From the NCBI GenBank assembly GCA_965368975.1, contig CBDUPA010000001.1, positions 640,001 through 704,000 on the forward strand: 64,000 nucleotides of DNA, written 5' to 3'. The notes beneath the pieces are model-generated. The model did not search any database. It worked only from the letters and a program-made list of their open reading frames with translations, and was not told where the DNA came from. This DNA comes from an uncultured bacterium. Lineage in GTDB: Bacteria > Acidobacteriota > Thermoanaerobaculia > Multivoradales > JAHZIX01. Of the stretch, positions 56,679 through 64,000 are shown one piece after another. Within the stretch, counting starts at the first letter, position 1. The number at the start of each line of letters is the position of its first letter. The position numbers and the translations under genes are program-made.

Positions 56679-57658
56679 CGTGGCCGCCGTACCCGTCGGC
56701 GCTGCTTGCGGTGCAGCAGGGTGCGCAGGGTCGTGGTGACCGGTACCTTGGTGGAGCAGGAGGCGAAGTCGAGGCCGAGCGTCATGCTGCGCTGGCGCAG
56801 GAAGTCTTGCATCTCGTGCAGGGCGCCGGCGTCGCCGGGACGCACCCCGCGTCGCGAGGCCGCACGTTCCGTTTCCGGGCCTTCGGGCGAGACACCGGTG
56901 AAGCGCACGGGCGCGGGCACCACTCCGTCCGCGCCGAGCTGCCCAGGAAGCTCAACGGGGTCGTAGACATGCAGCAGCGTGACGTCGTGGCGCGGCCGGA
57001 AGTAGCGCAGGTCGTCGGGGACGTCGAGGTCGATGAAGTCAGAAATCAGGAAGACGACGAAGCGGCCGCGACGGTGGCGCTCGATGGCGTGTACCGCGGT
57101 GCGCGGGTCCGAGACTTCGACCGGCCGCTGCCACGGTGCGGTGTGGTGCAGCAGTGCGCGCAACACCTGGAACAGCTGTCGCTGGCCCCCGCGCGGACGG
57201 CTCTCGGCAAGCACCTGATCGGCGAACAGGACGTACCCGACGCGGTCACCGCTGTCGACCGCCGCCAAGCTGAGGGTTGCCGCCAGCTCGACGGCGTGCT
57301 CGAGCTTGGTCTTGTCCTGGAAGCCCAGGTGCATCGACGGGCTGACGTCGAGGCCGATCCAGACATCCCGCCGCCGCTCTTCCTCGTGCACCTTCACGTA
57401 GGGCTCGCCGAGGCGTGCGGTGACGTTCCATTCGATGCTGCGCGCCGGCTCACCCGGCACGTACTTGCGGGTTTCGTAGTAGACCAATCCTTGGCCGCGC
57501 ACCGACGTTTCGTAGTCGCCACTGGTCAGGCCGGCAGCATTGTGGCGTGCCACCATCTCGAGCTGCTGAATGCGTCGCAGCAGCGTATCGAAGTCGGCGC
57601 TTTGCAGCGCCGCGGACGTGGACGCCGAGGGTGTCGTCGACGAGGGGGGAGCAGCCAC
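56675..57658 (-). CDS. DUF58 family protein
   Basis: G.Y.TSVRGQG..YETRKYVPGE..RSIEWNVTAR, EEER, DVSPSM, LISDF. Confidence 0.92.
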   Translation of the reverse strand: MAAPPSSTTPSASTSAALQSADFDTLLRRIQQLEMVARHNAAGLTSGDYETSVRGQGLVYYETRKYVPGEPARSIEWNVTARLGEPYVKVHEEERRRDVWIGLDVSPSMHLGFQDKTKLEHAVELAATLSLAAVDSGDRVGYVLFADQVLAESRPRGGQRQLFQVLRALLHHTAPWQRPVEVSDPRTAVHAIERHRRGRFVVFLISDFIDLDVPDDLRYFRPRHDVTLLHVYDPVELPGQLGADGVVPAPVRFTGVSPEGPETERAASRRGVRPGDAGALHEMQDFLRQRSMTLGLDFASCSTKVPVTTTLRTLLHRKQRRRVRRPR

Positions 57659-57681
57659 GTATCGGCCTCCTAAGTGTCGCC

Positions 57682-58671
57682 TCAGGGCACCGGAACGGTG
57701 CTCAAGACTTCGTCGATCACCTGGTCACTGGTCACGCCTTCGGCTTCCGCGTAGTAGGTGGTCAGGATACGGTGTCGCAGGACGTCGTGGGCCACCGCCT
57801 TGACGTCGTCGGGCAGAGTCGCGTCGCGACCCTCGATCAGCGCCGTCGCGCGTGCCGCCTGGGCCAGGGCGATCGAGGCGCGCGGCGAGGCGCCGAGCTC
57901 GACGAAGCGGCCCAAGGTCAAGCTGTTCTGTGGCGTACTCCCGTCCGGCTGTTGGTGCTGCGCCTTGCGCGTCGCTTGCACCAGGTCGGCAGCGTAGCGG
58001 ATCACCCGGTCTTCGATGAACACCTCACGTGTTTCGGCCTGCAGGTGTAGCACCTGCTCGTGGGTGATCTGTGTCCTTGGTTCGGGAAGCTGTTGTTCAT
58101 TGAGCACCAGCCGGACGATCTCTGGTTCTGCCTCGGGGGCTGGGTAGCCGACGACCAACTTGAGCAAGAAGCGGTCGAGCTGCGCTTCTGGCAGCGGGTA
58201 GGTGCCCTCTTGTTCGACCGGGTTCTGCGTCGCGAAGACCAGGAATGGCGGCGGCACCGGGTAGCTGGTCTGGCCGATCGTCACCTGCCGCTCCTGCATG
58301 GTCTCGAGCAACGCCGACTGCACCTTGGCCGGTGCGCGGTTGATCTCGTCGGCCAGTAGCACGTTGGTGAACACGGGGCCTTGGACGGTCTCGAAGGTCG
58401 CCGAGTGCTGGTTGTAGACGCGCGTGCCGATGATGTCCGCCGGTAGCAGGTCGGGGGTGAACTGGACGCGGCGGAACTGCAGGTGGCAGGCGCGCGCCAG
58501 CAGGTTGACGGCACGCGTCTTGGCCAGACCCGGCACGCCTTCGATCAGCACGTGACCGCCGGCCACCAGGGCCACCAGCAAGCCCCGGATGAGCCCTTCC
58601 TGGCCGACGATGCCGCGCCGGATCTCGGTTTCCAGCTGACGCAGGATCGGATGAGGAGAAGATGTTGTCAT
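57682..58671 (-). CDS. moxR: MoxR family AAA+ ATPase
   Basis: GHVLIEGVPGLAKT, RVQFTPDLLPADIIG, LADEINRAPAKVQSALLE, TQNP.EQEGTYPLPEAQLDRF, GASPRA. Confidence 0.96.
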   Translation of the reverse strand: MTTSSPHPILRQLETEIRRGIVGQEGLIRGLLVALVAGGHVLIEGVPGLAKTRAVNLLARACHLQFRRVQFTPDLLPADIIGTRVYNQHSATFETVQGPVFTNVLLADEINRAPAKVQSALLETMQERQVTIGQTSYPVPPPFLVFATQNPVEQEGTYPLPEAQLDRFLLKLVVGYPAPEAEPEIVRLVLNEQQLPEPRTQITHEQVLHLQAETREVFIEDRVIRYAADLVQATRKAQHQQPDGSTPQNSLTLGRFVELGASPRASIALAQAARATALIEGRDATLPDDVKAVAHDVLRHRILTTYYAEAEGVTSDQVIDEVLSTVPVP

Positions 58672-58701
58672 GGTGGGCGTATCTTACTCTGCTGGAGGGG
58701 A

Positions 58702-61011
58702 TCAGCGACGCGCGAGCCAGGGGGGCGTGTCGTCGACGCGCCACAGGTCCGCTTCCAGTCGCTGGATGCTGGCGAACAGCACAGAGCCGTCGAGTGGGTG
58801 CACCGCGAGGCCCGGCACCAAGCGTGGCGTGCCGAGCTGGCCCAGGTGCTCGGGGACGCCATCGGCGGGCTGGCGCCACAATTCGATGCCGTCGTTACCG
58901 CGTGCCAGCCAGGTGAGGGTGTCGCCATCGAGGGTCCAGAAGGCGGAGCCGATCAGGTTCTCCGTACCCGCCACCGCTGTCGTGACGCCTCGACTCAGGG
59001 TATGTCGGAACAGGCCGGCGGTCCCGTAGCGGGTCAGGAAGAGGGTGTCACCATCGCTCGCTGCCAGCGCCATGTAGCCGCCCTCGTGGGTGACCTGCTC
59101 GCTCGGGTGGTTCTGTGCCTCCTCGGTGCTGGCGGGGCGGCGCCAGATCTGCCAGCTGCCGGTGCGGTTGGAGCCGAAGTAGATCCACTTGCCGTCCGGG
59201 GAGTAAGAGGGCTGCAGGTCGTTGTCGGGGTCGCGGGAGAGTCGCTCCAGATGCTGCGGCTGTGCTGGCTCGTCCTGACGGTCTTGGACCGCGTCGAGAC
59301 GCAGGCGGTAGATGTCCGCCTGGCCGTCGAGACGCGCATCGAAAACCAGGGCGGTGCCGTCGGGCGACCAACGTGGGCTGCCGTTGTAGGCGCCGTGCAG
59401 GGCGGTCAACTGGGTCAGGCGGTACGAGCTGGACGTATTGCCGTCCGCTGCGGCGAGCCAGATCTCGAAGTGTCCCGAGCAGTTGGAGCTGAAGGCGAGC
59501 CGGTGGCCGTCAGGCGAGACATGGGGGTCGAGGTCTTCGCAGGGGCGGGGTGTCCATGTGGCTTCTATCGACTGGGCTTCGACCGAGGTGCCTTCGATCG
59601 AGGCGCCTTCGATCGAGGCGCCTGGCGTCCAGCGTTGGATGCCGGCTTCCACTACCCGGCGCTCGAACAGCAGCGGCCCACCGCGTCGCCCGAGGGTAGG
59701 ACGCCAGGCGTGATCGACGGCGAGCGGGATCCAGCTGGGACCTGCCTCGGCTGTAGGGTCGAGCGGGAACGTCCACAGGCCGCGCGCGCCGGTGCGCCGC
59801 GACGACACTACGAGACCGCTGCCATCGGGCAGCCAGACGTGACCGCGAATCGCCCGGCCGTCGCGCGTGATGGGAACTTCCGGGCCGCCTGCCAAGGCGA
59901 TGCGGAAGATATCCTGCGTGTCCATGCTGACACCACGCGTGAAGGCCAGTTGCAGACCATCGGGCGAGAAACTAGGGTTGCTGTCGCCCCAATGCTGGCC
60001 GTCGGGTGCCACCAGCTTGCGGCGCCTGCCATCGACGGTGGAGAGCAGGAAGATACCGTAGGGTTCGTCGTTGCGCTCGCGGTCGGAGAAGGCCAGCCAC
60101 TGACCATCCGGAGACCAGGCCAGGTCGGCGGTGACGTTGGCTCCGCACGAACCGAGACGGCGTTCCACGTTGCCGCCGCCGGCGAGCGAGACTTCGAGGA
60201 TCGTGCAGCGTTCCTCCGCTACATCGGCTTCGTCGGTGTACCGCAGGAAGGCGAGCCGCCGGCCATCCGGAGACCAGGTGGCGCCGAGGTCGGGTGCTGG
60301 ATGCGTGGTCAGGCGCTGCGGCGGGGTGGAGCCGGCGGCGTCGGCAGGCAGGATGTAGATGTCGGTGTTGCCGCGGTCGTCTGAGAGGTGGCTCTGCGAC
60401 GAGTCGCCTTGCCAAGAGAAGGCGACTCGACTGCCGTCGGGTGAGGCTTCGGCATGGGTCTCGAAACCGGCGTAGGCGGTCAGCGGCGCAGCGGACAGCG
60501 GAGCTGCGGCGCGGGGTGCCGCTCCTCTCGTTGCCGGGCGCTCGGCTCGACTCTGGCCGCGCTGGAGCACGAGTGGTGTCGAGACGGCGATGATCAGCGC
60601 GGCCGCCAGCAACCACGGACCGCCGTGCCACGCCAGGCGGCTCTCCGCAGCTGTCGACCTTTCAGCCTGGGGCAGCTCGGGCTGGGCTTCTTCGGGTTGG
60701 AGTAAGAGCCGGTAGCCGACCTTGGGGATCGTTTCGATAAAGCGCGGCGCACGCCGGTCGTCGCCCAGCGCGGCGCGCAGGTCCGAGATGGCGCGCGTGA
60801 CGACCTCGTCGCTGATGTGCGTGTCCGGCCACACGGCGTCCAGCAGGCTTTCGCGGCTCACGACCTGGCCGGCCTGCCGGCTCAGGTGCAGCAGCACATC
60901 CATGGCCTTGGGGGTCAGGTGGCGCACCTCACCGTCCTGGTGCAGGCGATGCAATCGCGGTTCGACCTGCCAGGGGCCGAGGCGGAACGGGCTTTCGACG
61001 GCGGATTCCAT
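58702..61011 (-). CDS. CadC/ToxR-like winged-helix membrane regulator with extracytoplasmic PD40/TolB-like propellers
   Basis: LTPKAMDVL..VSRESLLDAVW..ISDLRAALGD..IETIPKVGYRL; TM helix; multiple (W/F)SPDG repeats. Confidence 0.92.
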   Translation of the reverse strand: MESAVESPFRLGPWQVEPRLHRLHQDGEVRHLTPKAMDVLLHLSRQAGQVVSRESLLDAVWPDTHISDEVVTRAISDLRAALGDDRRAPRFIETIPKVGYRLLLQPEEAQPELPQAERSTAAESRLAWHGGPWLLAAALIIAVSTPLVLQRGQSRAERPATRGAAPRAAAPLSAAPLTAYAGFETHAEASPDGSRVAFSWQGDSSQSHLSDDRGNTDIYILPADAAGSTPPQRLTTHPAPDLGATWSPDGRRLAFLRYTDEADVAEERCTILEVSLAGGGNVERRLGSCGANVTADLAWSPDGQWLAFSDRERNDEPYGIFLLSTVDGRRRKLVAPDGQHWGDSNPSFSPDGLQLAFTRGVSMDTQDIFRIALAGGPEVPITRDGRAIRGHVWLPDGSGLVVSSRRTGARGLWTFPLDPTAEAGPSWIPLAVDHAWRPTLGRRGGPLLFERRVVEAGIQRWTPGASIEGASIEGTSVEAQSIEATWTPRPCEDLDPHVSPDGHRLAFSSNCSGHFEIWLAAADGNTSSSYRLTQLTALHGAYNGSPRWSPDGTALVFDARLDGQADIYRLRLDAVQDRQDEPAQPQHLERLSRDPDNDLQPSYSPDGKWIYFGSNRTGSWQIWRRPASTEEAQNHPSEQVTHEGGYMALAASDGDTLFLTRYGTAGLFRHTLSRGVTTAVAGTENLIGSAFWTLDGDTLTWLARGNDGIELWRQPADGVPEHLGQLGTPRLVPGLAVHPLDGSVLFASIQRLEADLWRVDDTPPWLARR

Positions 61012-61131
61012 GAGCGGGAGGATTCTCTCATCTTTTTCTCAGGCCTCGGCAGCCCGCCTCGCTTAGCGTTGGTCGTACTGATGATCGGCCGAGGTCAGTC
61101 CCCACACCCACTCACTCCCAGGAGATTCGAT

Positions 61132-62361
61132 ATGTCCCGAAATTCGTACTGGTCCAGGAACCCCGCGGCAGCCCGCTGCCTCCTCGCTTCTTCGTTGCTG
61201 GCCGCTCTGCTGTTCGGTGCAGCACTGTGGTTCTCGTCGGCGGTCGCGGCACAAGAAGCAGCACCGGCGATCCAGTTCTCGGGGATGCGCTGGCAGACCA
61301 ACGGCGACGTCAAGGTAGAAGAGTTCGCGGGCCGCGAGGCGTTGCGGGTGCGGGGTGGAGGAGCTGCGCTCCTGGGGACCGCCCTGGGCGAAGACGGCTT
61401 GCAGAACGGCCCCGTCTTCCAGAATGGGATCATCGAAGTCGACGTGCGTACCACCGGCCACCGCTCGTTCTTCGGCGTCGGCTTCCGCATGGAGGGTCCC
61501 CATCGGGAGGACTTCTACCTGCGACCGCACCAGAGTGGACGGTTCGACGCTCTGCAATACCAACCGATCTACAACAGCGTCGCTGCCTGGCAGCTGTATC
61601 CGGAGCACAATGCGCAGATCGAGCTCCCGCCCGACCGCTGGATGCACGTCAAGCTGGTCGTTGCCGGTCCACGCCTGGAGGTCTTCGTCGACGGTGCTGA
61701 CCGGCCCGTGATGGTCGTCGAGCGCCTGGAGCGCGGGGACACCCGCGGCGGTATCTTGCTCTGGGGAGGCTTCCCGGGCGGCCAGCCAGGGGAGCTCTAT
61801 CCCAACGCCTTCTCGAATTTTCGCTTCCAGACGGACGAGCGTCAGGTGCCGATTCCGCCCGCGCCGCGCCCGGCGGCGGACTCCGGCTTGATCGATGCCT
61901 GGGCGGTGTCAGCGGTGTATCCCGAGCCAGAGGACCTGGCGATCTTGCCGACCCTGTCGGCGCACGGTCCGTGGAAGGTGTGGTCGGTAGATGACGAGGG
62001 GCGGCTGAACCTGGCCATGACGGCGGCGCTGCCGGGGGGCCGTGAGCGCGGCACGGTGCTGGCGCGGGTGATCCTGCGCTCGGATGCCGCACGCACAGTA
62101 CGCCTGGGCTACGGCTTCAGCGACCAGGGCACCGTCTTTCTCAACGGCGCGCCGGTGCTGCAGTCGGACAATTCCTACCGTGCGCGCTCGGAGCGCTACT
62201 TGGGGGTCATGCGCGTGGACCGCGACACCCTCTACCTGCCGCTGCGCGCGGGCGACAACGAGCTGGTGTTCGCGGTCACCGAAGCCTTCGGTGGTTGGGG
62301 CGTCACCGGACGCTTGCTCGACCGAGAAGGCGTCCAGGTGACGGCACCCTTGCCGGACTGA
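61132..62361 (+). CDS. Secreted protein with DUF1080/ConA-like beta-sandwich domain(s)
   Basis: AGGAG RBS, signal peptide; FQNGIIEVD, EDFYLRPH, ALQYQP..WQLY, W.HVKLVV.G, GYGFSD, L.AGDNEL..FGGWG. Confidence 0.75.
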   Translation: MSRNSYWSRNPAAARCLLASSLLAALLFGAALWFSSAVAAQEAAPAIQFSGMRWQTNGDVKVEEFAGREALRVRGGGAALLGTALGEDGLQNGPVFQNGIIEVDVRTTGHRSFFGVGFRMEGPHREDFYLRPHQSGRFDALQYQPIYNSVAAWQLYPEHNAQIELPPDRWMHVKLVVAGPRLEVFVDGADRPVMVVERLERGDTRGGILLWGGFPGGQPGELYPNAFSNFRFQTDERQVPIPPAPRPAADSGLIDAWAVSAVYPEPEDLAILPTLSAHGPWKVWSVDDEGRLNLAMTAALPGGRERGTVLARVILRSDAARTVRLGYGFSDQGTVFLNGAPVLQSDNSYRARSERYLGVMRVDRDTLYLPLRAGDNELVFAVTEAFGGWGVTGRLLDREGVQVTAPLPD

Positions 62362-62397
62362 TACCGGCGTCAGGTTGCTACGGCCTACGTAGGGGCT

Positions 62398-64000
62398 CTA
62401 CTTCTTGCGTTTCTTCTTGCCCTCTTGCAGGTATTTCTTCTTTTTTCCCTTGAGCTTGGCATGACGCAACTTGGAGCCGTCAGGCCCGCGACGCTTGCCG
62501 CGCTTCGGTCCTGGACGGTCGTCGCCTTCGCGCTGCGGTCCGTGTTCGCCATCGGTCTGCTGCCCGTACCGGGGCTGGTCTCCGGATCGCTGGTGTCCGG
62601 AAGGCTGGCGATCGTCGCGCGGTCCGCCGTAGCCGCCGCCGGGTGGTCCCTCGTCGGCACGGATGCGCAGCTCCTGACCCATCACCTGTACGCCCTTGAG
62701 GTGCTTGAGGATCTCACGCGGCATGCCGGCTGGCAGGTCGACGAGGCTGAAGCCGTCGAACAGGCGGATCTGCCCGATGTGGCGACCGTCGAGACCAGAC
62801 TCGTTGGCCAGCGCGCCGACGATGTTGCCCGGCTGCACGCCGTGGTCGCGGCCCACTTCGATGCGATAGCGTTGCATGCGGACGTCCGCATCCTGGCCGC
62901 GGGGCGGACGGTCGCGCGGTCGCTCCTGCCGCTCCTGCCGGTCTGGCCGATCGCGAGGACCTCCGTCGGGGCGCCACTCGTGAGCTGGTCGGTCTCTCTG
63001 GCGCTGCGACTGCTTCTTTTCCGGCGGCGGCAGCAGGGGACGATCCTTCTGCACCAGGTAGGTCAGGGCGGCAGCGAGGGTCGAGATGTCGGTGTCCAAC
63101 TCGCGCACGAAGCCGTCGGCAACTTGCTCGAAGAACTGCAACTCCTCGCTCTCGATCGTCTCGCCCAGCGTCTGCTGCAATTGCGCCACGCGACGGTTGA
63201 CCACGTCTTGACGGCTGGGCAGCTGCATCGCCTCGATACGCTGGCGCGTGACGCGCTCGATGGTGTACAGCATGCGCCGCTCGCGCGGTGACACGAAGAG
63301 GATCGCCTTGCCCTCGCGGCCGGCGCGCGCGGTACGGCCGATCCGGTGGACGTAGGCTTCGACGTCGTAGGGGATGTCGTAGTTGACCACGTGGCTGATG
63401 CGGTCGACGTCGAGCCCACGGGCGGCGACATCGGTTGCCACGACGATGTCGAGTTTGCCGTTCTTCAGCCGCTCGACCGCACGCTCGCGCAGTGCCTGGT
63501 TCATGTCACCGTTGAGCGCCGCGCAGGCGAAGCCGCGCGCTTCGAGCTTCTCCGCCAGCTCGACCGTCGCCACCTTGGTGCGCACGAAGATCAGCATGGC
63601 GTCGAAATCTTCGACTTCCAGGATCCGCGTCAGCGCGTCCAGCTTGTTCATGCCGCTGACCGGCCAGTAGTGCTGCGACACGGTCGACACGGTCGCCGTC
63701 TTGGTCGTGATGTGGACGTCGACCGGATCGCGCAGGTAGTTCTTGGCGACGTGCTGGATGCCTGGCGGCATGGTGGCAGAGAACAGGGCGACCTGCTTTT
63801 CCTCTGGCGTCTGCTTGAGGATCTCTTCGACTTCCTCCTGGAAGCCCATGCGCAGCATCTCGTCGGCCTCGTCCAGCACCACGGCCTGTAGCTGCGACAG
63901 GTCGAGAGTGCGGCGCCGCAGGTGGTCCTGGATGCGTCCCGGCGTGCCGACGACCACGTGCACCCCGCGCCGCAAGTGGCGCAGCTGGGTCTCGATGTTC
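62398..64000 (-). CDS. deaD: DEAD-box RNA helicase DeaD/CsdA (5' end outside window)
   Basis: GTPGR, LDEADEML, FSAT, ATDVAARGLD, HRIGRTAR; DbpA RNA-binding domain (YRIEVGR.HGVQPGNIVGA); basic tail. Confidence 0.95.
   Translation of the reverse strand, partial: NIETQLRHLRRGVHVVVGTPGRIQDHLRRRTLDLSQLQAVVLDEADEMLRMGFQEEVEEILKQTPEEKQVALFSATMPPGIQHVAKNYLRDPVDVHITTKTATVSTVSQHYWPVSGMNKLDALTRILEVEDFDAMLIFVRTKVATVELAEKLEARGFACAALNGDMNQALRERAVERLKNGKLDIVVATDVAARGLDVDRISHVVNYDIPYDVEAYVHRIGRTARAGREGKAILFVSPRERRMLYTIERVTRQRIEAMQLPSRQDVVNRRVAQLQQTLGETIESEELQFFEQVADGFVRELDTDISTLAAALTYLVQKDRPLLPPPEKKQSQRQRDRPAHEWRPDGGPRDRPDRQERQERPRDRPPRGQDADVRMQRYRIEVGRDHGVQPGNIVGALANESGLDGRHIGQIRLFDGFSLVDLPAGMPREILKHLKGVQVMGQELRIRADEGPPGGGYGGPRDDRQPSGHQRSGDQPRYGQQTDGEHGPQREGDDRPGPKRGKRRGPDGSKLRHAKLKGKKKKYLQEGKKKRKK

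Noticed and set aside
58483-60384. 633-aa plus-strand ORF (and similar long antisense ORFs such as 9166-10605, 51482-52603 and 32828-33856)
   Set aside because: Antisense shadows of well-supported genes, with no recognisable motifs.

Overview
GC-rich, gene-dense bacterial DNA. An ADOP-type duplicated permease, a C-terminal IFxDGFESG motif and an ECF/Ser-Thr kinase pair suggest Acidobacteriota, possibly Thermoanaerobaculia (inference). About 50 CDS are supported; I saw no rRNA, tRNA, CRISPR array or integrase/transposase. Main blocks in order: ECF sigma / anti-sigma-TPR-CHAT fusion / S8 protease module; GntR(YtrA)-ABC operon with a permease-M1 peptidase fusion; a RelE-type toxin-antitoxin pair; pectate lyase; CAT-like acetyltransferase; Pit phosphate transporter; REC-HK-diguanylate cyclase operon; ECF-kinase pair split by an inserted gene; multiheme cytochrome / CRTAC1 / radical SAM / desaturase cluster; vapBC; two tandem porin paralogs; MoxR-Bat operon; partial deaD. 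The best candidate for a new system is a compact cassette at 47568-49986: a 2OG-Fe(II) oxygenase, a 173-aa multi-core precursor peptide with nine AAYNY repeats and two YFW motifs, and a cytochrome P450 with a non-canonical I-helix. It is bracketed by a ~96-bp duplication of the 3' end of a DUF885 gene. It looks like an inserted, multi-core P450-crosslinked (Tyr-x-Tyr / Tyr-x-Trp) RiPP pathway. All family assignments are from motif recognition by eye, not database searches.
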